Positions 30,991 through 39,207 of a stretch of DNA of 55,608 nt are shown here, piece by piece; the stretch's first letter is position 1, and each line of letters opens with the position of its first letter. Below the pieces are notes generated by a model. It did no database searches. It was not told the origin of the DNA and saw only the letters and a program-made list of their open reading frames with translations. This stretch comes from a virus (Duplodnaviria; Caudoviricetes), in IMG/VR virus record IMGVR_UViG_3300012920_000048, positions 1 to 55,608 of that record. One strand, 5' to 3'. Both the position numbers and the translations under genes were made by a program.

Positions 30991-31651
30991 CTTCTTTTCT
31001 TCCCATTGAATCAAATAAACAGACATATGGTATTTGTCTGAATACATGTTTTTCTATATCATGTGGATATATATAGCCTTGGTTATAACTATAAAACCAC
31101 CCTAACGGAAAATATTTAATTCTTGCTACACCTTTGTGCATAAAGAAATTATCTATTCCACGATAGTACCATAAGATTTTTTCCTTGTGTGCTTTAAAAT
31201 AAAGAGTTATATTTTCTTTATCTAAGTTATCGTTCCATCTTAATATACTAGAATTTAAATCTGTATATCTATGAGGAACATGTTCTGTTTCTTTTTTCTG
31301 TGTTTCTAAATCATGCCAATGTGTTTGGCCAAAACATAGACAATCTTCAGGATCAAAGTTTGCTATGTCATCTATATTCTTTTGTATAATAATATCTAAA
31401 TCGAAGAAAAGATTCTCACCTTTTTGTCTTACGACATTATCATCGAATAGATACATTTTATTCCACCACTTCTCTAATTTGTTTCCTGCAGGAAATGGTA
31501 TAACTTTTATATTATCATCTAGTCCTTTTGGTTTATCAGTCAAACAATAAAATTTAAAATCCCGAGATATATATTCACTACAAGATTCGTATATCTTATT
31601 TACATGTTTGGCAGAATACTTACTGCCCCATTTGACTGTATAAATGTTCAT
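30977..31651 (-). CDS. GT-A glycosyltransferase (KWGxKY family)
   Basis: TVKWGSKY, FYCLTD, WWNKMYLF, FFDLDIII, NSSILRW, YSY. Confidence 0.8.
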   Translation of the reverse strand: MNIYTVKWGSKYSAKHVNKIYESCSEYISRDFKFYCLTDKPKGLDDNIKVIPFPAGNKLEKWWNKMYLFDDNVVRQKGENLFFDLDIIIQKNIDDIANFDPEDCLCFGQTHWHDLETQKKETEHVPHRYTDLNSSILRWNDNLDKENITLYFKAHKEKILWYYRGIDNFFMHKGVARIKYFPLGWFYSYNQGYIYPHDIEKHVFRQIPYVCLFDSMGRKEDVKF

Positions 31652-32463
31652 TGCCAATGTTTTAATAAATCCGGGTCCACCAATTCATTTTGTTTAACAC
31701 TACCTCTACCTTTAAGCATAGGTTCGGGTAGTAAATCAATATTAAATACACAGAGGATTGGTGTCTCTCTATATATTTCTGTTTCTAAATCGTCGTCTTC
31801 CCAACTACGACCTCGGTTATAAGAGTAAGCATAATCTGCTGGGAAATGATCCCAAAGTTTTTTGCCCCAATCGCCCCACCTCCAAGAATGATAATTGTCA
31901 GTTCCATCTGTATATGTAAACCAAATCTTATCTTTGTTTTCTAACACATCATGCCATATACATTCTGCTTGATCGTCGGACCAAACTTGGCAACTGCCAT
32001 TTGTATATGCACCGTGTGCTAATTTAAATTTTCTTGTTTTCATTGGACGAGGATCTTGCCACCAACTTCTTAGCTTTGTCGGTCTTTCCATATTATAGGT
32101 TAATATAGGCTCTATATTGTTTTGAATGATTACATCCAAATCAAAGAAGACGAAGCGTCCTGTCGGCTTATCTGCTGCAAAATTGTGAGTATTGAAGACA
32201 AATGTTTTAGGTCTGTCCCAGCATCTAGCCATGCCATACTTAAAGTCATCAGAGCCGAACCAGTACTTAGGATGAATGGTATCAATGTCTGGAAATGGTA
32301 TAACCTGAATATCATCATCCAATCCTTCAGCGTCATCAGTATAACAGTAAAAATGGAAATCGTGCTTATCATCTGTATGCCTCCTTGCCATGTTTTTTAG
32401 TTTATTCACAAAATGAGGACCATACCTAGTACCCCATTTAGAACATACTATATTTACTCTCAT
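31648..32463 (-). CDS. GT-A glycosyltransferase (KWGxxY family)
   Basis: CSKWGTRY, FYCYTD, CWDRPKTFVFN, FFDLDVII, NGSCQVW, GTDNY, YSYNRG. Confidence 0.8.
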   Translation of the reverse strand: MRVNIVCSKWGTRYGPHFVNKLKNMARRHTDDKHDFHFYCYTDDAEGLDDDIQVIPFPDIDTIHPKYWFGSDDFKYGMARCWDRPKTFVFNTHNFAADKPTGRFVFFDLDVIIQNNIEPILTYNMERPTKLRSWWQDPRPMKTRKFKLAHGAYTNGSCQVWSDDQAECIWHDVLENKDKIWFTYTDGTDNYHSWRWGDWGKKLWDHFPADYAYSYNRGRSWEDDDLETEIYRETPILCVFNIDLLPEPMLKGRGSVKQNELVDPDLLKHWQ

Positions 32464-33131
32464 AGTTGCTCCTTTGCCAGCGGAAATACATTACTTATAA
32501 CTTTAGCAACTTCATGGGCTATATCCATGTGTTCTGCTTGTGTTCCGTTAGCACCTCTCAATTCTATGTAATGAACCCAACTTCTTAGAGTACCATTAAC
32601 ATACATTCTACTAATGGTGTTACCTTCAGGCAACACCGCCCTTGCTTGTTCTTTTGCAATACCATGTTCTAATGCCCATGTATACGCATATCTAGTTTGT
32701 CTAATTATATCTTTTTGTAAGTCATTCCACTTTATTCTTAAAGCCTGATCTTCTAAGGTATCTCCTAGTTCAATACTATTTTGTCTGTTCTTAGGATCTT
32801 GTAGTCTTGCTTCTCGAACTTCAAATTGCAAATCCTTTGTAGGGTTTGCATACCTTTGACTGTATTCTTGAAAACTAAAACTTCTGTGTCTTAAAATTTG
32901 CCTAGCAATATCTCTTGTAGTTTCTATTTCTAAACATACACTAACCATTTCTAATGGCGACCAGTGTTTGTGTTTCATTAGATACTTAATAAGTTTCTCG
33001 CTAGTTTCCTGATTGTTTTGATTATCAGGATTACTTACCCTAGCACAGAACGCAATTAGTTCTGTTGGGCTTGTACTAGAAATTAATTCTTTTCCATCTG
33101 TTTGACTGTAGCTAATTAACTTAACCTGCAT
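32460..33131 (-). CDS. thyX: Flavin-dependent thymidylate synthase
   Basis: ARVSNP, HWSPLE, signature RHRSFSFQEYSQRY, EQARAVLP, TQAEH. Confidence 0.95.
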   Translation of the reverse strand: MQVKLISYSQTDGKELISSTSPTELIAFCARVSNPDNQNNQETSEKLIKYLMKHKHWSPLEMVSVCLEIETTRDIARQILRHRSFSFQEYSQRYANPTKDLQFEVREARLQDPKNRQNSIELGDTLEDQALRIKWNDLQKDIIRQTRYAYTWALEHGIAKEQARAVLPEGNTISRMYVNGTLRSWVHYIELRGANGTQAEHMDIAHEVAKVISNVFPLAKEQL

Positions 33132-33331
33132 ATGACATAGTCCTTACCGTATTGTTGTTTGTGTTTAGCAAGCTCTTCCGTGACTTGCATTGTTTTATAT
33201 TCAAAGTCTGTAATATCCGATTTGATAACCAGAACAGCAAATTGAGACTCTTCAACTATTGGTACATAGTTATCGTAGTCTTCAAATGTGCCTTTTAATA
33301 TTACCGACTTTTCTGTTGTTACTTCTAACAT
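33116..33331 (-). CDS. Hypothetical protein
   Basis: 71-aa ORF overlapping both neighbours in the operon. Confidence 0.65.
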   Translation of the reverse strand: MLEVTTEKSVILKGTFEDYDNYVPIVEESQFAVLVIKSDITDFEYKTMQVTEELAKHKQQYGKDYVICRLS

Positions 33332-34818
33332 GTTCCACCTTGTTCATTATGTATTACTGCCGGATTTAACTTTAATAGATTATTAAAGTATCCTTTATAA
33401 AAATCATTTGTAAAAATTTCTTCTAATGTGTATTCCTTTATATTGTTCTTATCCCAACTATACAATAACTCTGTCTTGTGTTCAGGAGAGTTATATGCTG
33501 TTATTAGATTAAGTGCCACATGTTTACAGGGAAACACATTACCTGTTGCACTTAGATAAAATTGATTATTAACTTTACCCTCGCACTTAACATGTGGAGA
33601 AAACTTTATTGTTCTCTCTTTATATATATCATCTTTTTTTCGTGTCTGTAGAGTTTCTAGTTCTATAAGTTTGTAGTCAGGCATATCCTGTTTTTCATTT
33701 TTCTCTACAATTTTTTCTTCCTTAGGCACGCTATTTTCATATACAAATCCAGAAAACATATATTGTTTAGAAAGTTTTTTAGCTTTTTGTATATCATTGT
33801 CTAATTGATTTGTATGTGTATAAGACCAAAACACTCTACAACCTGCATCTAATAATGTTTTAGCATTTTCTAATATTTTTTTCTCTGGATTGCCTGTATC
33901 AATTTGGAAAGTTATATTACCTACTTCTTTTAACGCTTCTGCTAAATTACGCCACCATATAAAGTCATTTATTTTCTTTCCATCTGTAACTAAGTCTGTG
34001 CCTATACCCCAACGACTAGCAAAGAATTGTACAATGTCAAATAAATCTGGATTATCTGTAGGCTCTCCTGTCAGTCCTTTTAGTTTGACTCTTTTGATTT
34101 TAGCCCTTTCTATGTATTCATACGAAAATGCTTTTTCAATATCCTCTATTGTAAGACAATCACCCTCACTATTAATACACTCTATTTCTATTTTTTCAGG
34201 CAACCAAGGATACAAATCTGTTTCTTTATTGTACATCTTTTCTATTTGTTCTTTTGTATAGTCATCATACCAATAAGGTAAAGCAACAATATTCTCATCT
34301 GTAGTTTCAGGATATGTTGCCGTAGTATCCTGTAAGAAAGGTAGAGTACCATCTTCTATAAAAAATTTATTATGGAAAGCGTCATATTCATATAATAGAT
34401 CGTCTTCATTTTCTTCCCATTCTTCTAAAATTTTTTCTACTCTATCATTTCGGAAAATAAAGTAACAAAGATTACCGTCCTGCAGTCGAACACGCTTGTT
34501 GGTCTTATAAGTCTCTATGTCCCCTATGTTGTTAATAATAGTGTTAGGAGTAATAAACAAAGAGCTACTCTTAGGCTTTGTGTATCTCATAATATCTATT
34601 TCTAACCAATCTATTCCATATTTAGGAACATGAAAAGTAATACCCTCAATGTAGCCGTCCATCTTTTTGGTTGACATAAGCAGATCCATTTCATCATCTT
34701 GTACAAAGACAACGAATTCAAAAGGATCTTCTATCAGCTTCTTGCATTGAGTATACAAAGCGTTTATTTGTAACTGACTGTATTTGTTATCTAGCTGATT
34801 TGCTATTATTGTTACCAT
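33325..34818 (-). CDS. Fusion of a degenerate GT-like domain and a degenerate radical-SAM/SPASM-like domain
   Basis: The N-terminus parallels the GT paralogues (NKYS..QINALY..CKK....FEFVVF) without DxD; the C-terminal half has GEPT.NPD, VTDG, WW..LA, ITFQID, ILENAK and C...YLSATGNVFPC but no CxxxCxxC. Confidence 0.55.
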   Translation of the reverse strand: MVTIIANQLDNKYSQLQINALYTQCKKLIEDPFEFVVFVQDDEMDLLMSTKKMDGYIEGITFHVPKYGIDWLEIDIMRYTKPKSSSLFITPNTIINNIGDIETYKTNKRVRLQDGNLCYFIFRNDRVEKILEEWEENEDDLLYEYDAFHNKFFIEDGTLPFLQDTTATYPETTDENIVALPYWYDDYTKEQIEKMYNKETDLYPWLPEKIEIECINSEGDCLTIEDIEKAFSYEYIERAKIKRVKLKGLTGEPTDNPDLFDIVQFFASRWGIGTDLVTDGKKINDFIWWRNLAEALKEVGNITFQIDTGNPEKKILENAKTLLDAGCRVFWSYTHTNQLDNDIQKAKKLSKQYMFSGFVYENSVPKEEKIVEKNEKQDMPDYKLIELETLQTRKKDDIYKERTIKFSPHVKCEGKVNNQFYLSATGNVFPCKHVALNLITAYNSPEHKTELLYSWDKNNIKEYTLEEIFTNDFYKGYFNNLLKLNPAVIHNEQGGTC

Positions 34819-35554
34819 GCCAAAATCTCAAAAGTGTCTCATCTTCTAATTCATCTATTTTTATTTGAAACTCATTGTTATGTGAGTCTATATTAAACAA
34901 ACAAAATCTAGGTTGTTCTCTATATTTATGTGGATCTAAATCATCAGGCCACTGCTTACCTCTGTTATAACTATACACCCATTCGTAAGGTATATTGTTC
35001 CAAAAATCTCTTTGTCGCCAGTAATGATAATTATCTGTACCTTTAAAGAAAGTTCTATATATTTGTTGATCCTCGTCTAATGCGTCCCAGAATATATGTT
35101 CACATTGATCTTCATTCCAACACATGACACTAGAATTGTACATTGTACCTCTAATGTCTATGAATAATCTTTCATGTATTCTTTTAGGATTATCCCATCT
35201 AACATGAATGATTCTAGGCTTAAGAGCTAATTCTTGTAAGTCTGTTATATCATTTTGTATAATTACATCGAGATCTAAATAACACCATTTACCCATATAA
35301 CCTAAAAAGTTATGAGAGTTGAATACTAAAAATTTAGATCTATCCCAACACCAGCGTTCTTTACCAAACCAAAACTTAGGATGCAAAGGTTCTATGTCAG
35401 GTATATCTCTTGTATCACACTCTAATCCTTTACTATCATCTGTAAAACATGTAAAGGTAAAGTCCTTATTGTAGTGTCGTTGCACCGCACGATATAGATT
35501 GTTTACATATTGTGGTGAGTATTTAGTGCCCCACTTGATGCATACAAAGTTCAT
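34787..35554 (-). CDS. GT-A glycosyltransferase (KWGxKY family)
   Basis: CIKWGTKY, FTCFTD, CWDRSKFLVFN, YLDLDVII, NSSVMCW, GTDNY, YSYNRG. Confidence 0.82.
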   Translation of the reverse strand: MNFVCIKWGTKYSPQYVNNLYRAVQRHYNKDFTFTCFTDDSKGLECDTRDIPDIEPLHPKFWFGKERWCWDRSKFLVFNSHNFLGYMGKWCYLDLDVIIQNDITDLQELALKPRIIHVRWDNPKRIHERLFIDIRGTMYNSSVMCWNEDQCEHIFWDALDEDQQIYRTFFKGTDNYHYWRQRDFWNNIPYEWVYSYNRGKQWPDDLDPHKYREQPRFCLFNIDSHNNEFQIKIDELEDETLLRFWHGNNNSKSAR

Positions 35555-36185
35555 CATATTCTTTTACTTGCTCCGGATATTGTTCTTGATTATTCAATAA
35601 TGCTATTGTGTATTCTGGCCTATATTTTCTACCTGCAAATACATAAGAGTAAACCTCATGATTAGGTAAATGTTCAAATGTAAAACCTTCATGGTATAAG
35701 AATGTATCGTCACCATGAGGGTATTGTAAGTTATATTTATGTTCGTTTCTAGCATAGTGATGCCAAATATGAGTAGCGTCTTTCCATAACATTACACTAG
35801 AATTAAAATTGGATAAAGGATGTTTACTGTGATATGGAAATTCATCTATAGGCATTTGATCTATACCTTTATCTTTCCACCATGTATATGCTATAACAGG
35901 ATTATTTACACAATAATCAAACAAATGATCTATAGGTTTTTGTATTCTTACATCTAAATCTAAGTATAATATTGTACCTAAATCCTTTAACTGAAACAGT
36001 TTGAGCTTTTCCATATTGCCTGCTGGCTCATGTTCTAAGTATAAAACACCTATTGCAGGGTTCAAACCGTATGCATCGTCGGTTACACAGACATAATTGT
36101 ACTGTCCTTCCGTGTGTTCGTATATAGCATTGACGTCATCTTCGCTATATTTGTCACCATATTTTAATGTTAAAATAGTTTTCAT
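35523..36185 (-). CDS. GT-A glycosyltransferase
   Basis: LKYGDKY, CVTD, KLKLF, YLDLDV, FNSSVMLW, GDDTFL, YSY; ATG 36185 preferred to GTG 36194. Confidence 0.8.
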   Translation of the reverse strand: MKTILTLKYGDKYSEDDVNAIYEHTEGQYNYVCVTDDAYGLNPAIGVLYLEHEPAGNMEKLKLFQLKDLGTILYLDLDVRIQKPIDHLFDYCVNNPVIAYTWWKDKGIDQMPIDEFPYHSKHPLSNFNSSVMLWKDATHIWHHYARNEHKYNLQYPHGDDTFLYHEGFTFEHLPNHEVYSYVFAGRKYRPEYTIALLNNQEQYPEQVKEYDELCMHQVGH

Positions 36186-36196
36186 TGTAATCACAT

Positions 36197-36210
36197 TTAT
36201 TTATAAATAA
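36197..36210. promoter_or_regulatory. Palindromic bidirectional late promoter
   Basis: TTATTTATAAATAA contains TATAAATA on + (36202-36209) and on - (36198-36205), between divergent operons. Confidence 0.8.
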
Positions 36211-36242
36211 GACTATATACGATAATTTAGAGAAAACTACTG

Positions 36243-36572
36243 ATGGCAACCATTTCTAATATAGTAATAGATCAGGGCACAACATTTAGTTTGGAGCTTA
36301 ATCTAACAAACGACGACGGATCTGCTAAGGATTTAGCAAATTATACCGTGACTTCTCAGATGAGAAAAAGTTATGAAGCTACAACAGCTACTGATTTTAC
36401 TACTGCTAAAGTGGATGCCACAGGAAAAGTTACAATATCGTTGACTGCAGCACAAACTGCAGCAGTCAAAGCAGGAAGATATGTTTATGACATTGAGATA
36501 GCCTCATCGTCAGAAACATTAAGAGTATTAGAGGGTATAGTTACCGTAACACCTAATGTTACGAGAGCATAG
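36243..36572 (+). CDS. Small structural adaptor (BppU N-terminal-like)
   Basis: IDQGTTF, SQMRKSY, ISLTAAQT, GRYVYDIEI, RVLEGIVTVTPNVT. Confidence 0.65.
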   Translation: MATISNIVIDQGTTFSLELNLTNDDGSAKDLANYTVTSQMRKSYEATTATDFTTAKVDATGKVTISLTAAQTAAVKAGRYVYDIEIASSSETLRVLEGIVTVTPNVTRA

Positions 36573-36581
36573 GAGATATAG

Positions 36582-36839
36582 ATGGCAGTTACAGTATCAG
36601 CATCAAGTACACCAATAAAAGTATCAACATCAGTAGGTAGTACAAGAGTCGTAAGTTCTGCTACACCTCAGTCTGCGATTGCGACGGCAACAACGATTGA
36701 TAATCTTTCGGGATTAGATACCTCAGCAAAACAAAACGGTTATACTCTAGTTTATGATGGAACCAGTGGTAATTGGCAAGCAGCACCAGCATCGTCTGTT
36801 GCAGCATCCATTACTGCAATTGATGGTGGCACATTTTAG
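36582..36839 (+). CDS. Small fibre-associated protein
   Basis: NGYTLVYDGTSGNW; C-terminal IDGGTF; AGGAG SD. Confidence 0.65.
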   Translation: MAVTVSASSTPIKVSTSVGSTRVVSSATPQSAIATATTIDNLSGLDTSAKQNGYTLVYDGTSGNWQAAPASSVAASITAIDGGTF

Positions 36840-36889
36840 TATGATATTAAGCTTAATATTATATAAAACATTTAACTAGGAGAAAATAA

Positions 36890-38287
36890 ATGGCAACAAC
36901 AATTCAAATTAAAAGAAGTACAGGCTCAGCAGCCCCCGCTACTTCTGATTTAGTTGAAGGCGAATTGGCGTATGCTGAGGATAGATCGGGTAGTGGAGCA
37001 TCTGCTAAGTTATACATTTCATCTATTGATTCAGGTGGTAGTGAAGTAATTCAAGAGATTGGTGGTAAGTACTACACAGATCTTATTGACAACGCTACAA
37101 ACGCAGCAACTGCTAGCACCATTGTTAAGAGAGATGGAAGTGGACACTTTAACGGTGCAACAATTACAGGTTCAACACTTACAGATGGCACAGCAAGCAT
37201 AGCTTCAGGTGCTATTACAGGAGCAACAAACATAACAGCTTCTGGTACAGTACAATTTGGATCTTTATCAGACGGTACTATTACAGCAACAGCATTTGTA
37301 GATGAAGACAATATGGCTTCTAACAGTGCAACGCTTATTCCTACTCAACAATCAGTTAAGGCTTATGTAGATGCAACAGCATCAGCGGCGTTTGACTTGG
37401 ATTTTAGCGGTGACTCTGGTTCAGGAACAATTGAACAAGCAGAAACATTTGCTATCACAGGTGATACAGGTATTACAACAACAGCATCTGGTAATGGTTT
37501 AGCCATTGATCTAGATGACACAGCAGTTTCAGCAGGATCATATGGTTCCAGTACTGCCATTCCTGTTATTACAGTAGACGCACAAGGTCGTATTACATCA
37601 GCTAGTACAGCAACAACAAGCTCTACTTTAACTATTGGTGCTGACAGTGGTTCAGACGATACAGTTACAGTAGGAACAGATACACTTAACTTTGTAGGTA
37701 CAGCCAATGAGGTTGAAACAACAGTTTCTAATAACCAAATCCAAATTGGATTACCAAACAATGTAACAATATCAGGTAACCTTACAGTTAGTGGTACAAC
37801 TACAACTGTAGATTCCACAACTTTATCCGTAGCAGATCCATTGATCTCACTTGCAACAGGTAACAATTCATCTGACGCAGTGGACATTGGTTTATATGGT
37901 TTGTATGACACTTCAGGTTCAACAGACTTGTATTCAGGTTTCTTCAGAGACGCTAATGACTCTGGTAAGTGGAAACTATTTAAAGACTTACAAGCAGCAC
38001 CTGGCACAACTGTTAATACAAGTGGAACAGGTTACGCCGTAGCTACATTAGTAGCAAACTTGGAATCATCTAGTGTAGCAATCACAGGTGGTACTATTAC
38101 AGGTATTACTGATCTTGCAGTAGCAGATGGTGGTACTGGCGCAGGTACATTTACTTCTAAAGGTATTCTTTATGGTAATGGTACAAGTGCTTTACAAGTA
38201 ACAGCAGCAGGCTCAGAAGGACAAGTCCTACAAGCAGGCTCAGGCGGTACGCCAGAATTCGGAGGAATTGACGGCGGTACTTATTAA
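36890..38287 (+). CDS. Fibre protein
   Basis: IQIKRS...LVEGELAY N-terminus, PTQQSVKAYVD, GSYGSS..IPVITVDAQGRIT, LAVADGGTGA, C-terminal IDGGTY. Confidence 0.75.
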   Translation: MATTIQIKRSTGSAAPATSDLVEGELAYAEDRSGSGASAKLYISSIDSGGSEVIQEIGGKYYTDLIDNATNAATASTIVKRDGSGHFNGATITGSTLTDGTASIASGAITGATNITASGTVQFGSLSDGTITATAFVDEDNMASNSATLIPTQQSVKAYVDATASAAFDLDFSGDSGSGTIEQAETFAITGDTGITTTASGNGLAIDLDDTAVSAGSYGSSTAIPVITVDAQGRITSASTATTSSTLTIGADSGSDDTVTVGTDTLNFVGTANEVETTVSNNQIQIGLPNNVTISGNLTVSGTTTTVDSTTLSVADPLISLATGNNSSDAVDIGLYGLYDTSGSTDLYSGFFRDANDSGKWKLFKDLQAAPGTTVNTSGTGYAVATLVANLESSSVAITGGTITGITDLAVADGGTGAGTFTSKGILYGNGTSALQVTAAGSEGQVLQAGSGGTPEFGGIDGGTY

Positions 38288-38307
38288 TAAATTTTGAGGA
38301 TTTTGAA

Positions 38308-38604
38308 ATGGACGAACAATTAATTAATGAATATATTAATAACTTAGCAAATCAGGTCAATAATTTGACTCAAGAAAATATATTATTAAAAACTAGATTA
38401 ACTATATTTGAAAAGAGAGAGAAGGATAGATTGGAGGTAGAGGCTAAAAAAGAGGAACCACAAAGTGAGTTCACACAGCCTGAACCGATAAAAGAGGAAA
38501 AAGATATTCCTCCTTTAGTGAAAGGCCCTAAGCCTAAAGGTTATAATCCTAAAGTGGATGGACCTTTACCTCTTATCCCTAATCCTAAATTAGCAAAGGA
38601 ATAA
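38308..38604 (+). CDS. Hypothetical coiled-coil protein
   Basis: YINNLANQVNNLTQENILLKTRL heptads; Pro/Lys-rich tail; GAGG SD. Confidence 0.7.
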   Translation: MDEQLINEYINNLANQVNNLTQENILLKTRLTIFEKREKDRLEVEAKKEEPQSEFTQPEPIKEEKDIPPLVKGPKPKGYNPKVDGPLPLIPNPKLAKE

Positions 38605-38608
38605 TTAA

Positions 38609-38929
38609 ATGGCAACAGTAATTAAAATTAAGAAATCAGAAACTGCCAGCAGCGCACCTAGTACATCAGATCTAGTTGCAGGTGAGGTAGCTCTTAATAC
38701 AGCAGATCAAATAATGTATGTAAGAGACTCTGGAGGCTCTATTGTAAAAATAGCAAACTTCTCAGAGGCTGATCAATCCTTAGTTTTTCCTACTGGCGAT
38801 TATGGTAGTGTTGCAGATAGTCTAACAACAGACGCATTTGGTCAACAACTCGATAAAACATTTGATTGTAATACTAGCGTAAAGTATAGAGTTCAAACTG
38901 TGGAACTAGGGTCAAGTTCATCAATTTAA
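38609..38929 (+). CDS. Small fibre-related protein
   Basis: IKIKKSETASSAPSTSDLVAGEVALN is paralogous to the N-terminus of 36890; FPTGDYG, DAFG. Confidence 0.7.
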   Translation: MATVIKIKKSETASSAPSTSDLVAGEVALNTADQIMYVRDSGGSIVKIANFSEADQSLVFPTGDYGSVADSLTTDAFGQQLDKTFDCNTSVKYRVQTVELGSSSSI

Positions 38930-38938
38930 GGAATAGAG

Positions 38939-39193
38939 ATGACAGTAACAGTACAATTTAGACGAGGAACAACAGCACAAAATAATGCGTTTACAGGATC
39001 TATTGGTGAAATATCTGTTAATACTACTAATAACTCTATTAGAGTTCATGATGGTTCTACGGAGGGCGGACATGAACTTATGAAATCGGATGCAACTAAT
39101 ATTGATGGGAGTATTGCAAGCTCAAGAATATCCGGAACTATAACAGCTAGTACATTGGCAGATGGATCTAGCATAGACGGCGGAACATATTAA
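38939..39193 (+). CDS. Mtd-N-like small fibre/adaptor protein
   Basis: VQFRRGTT..N..FTG..GE..V......RVHDGST.GGH; C-terminal IDGGTY. Confidence 0.7.
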   Translation: MTVTVQFRRGTTAQNNAFTGSIGEISVNTTNNSIRVHDGSTEGGHELMKSDATNIDGSIASSRISGTITASTLADGSSIDGGTY

Positions 39194-39207
39194 ATTAGGA
39201 GAAAACA

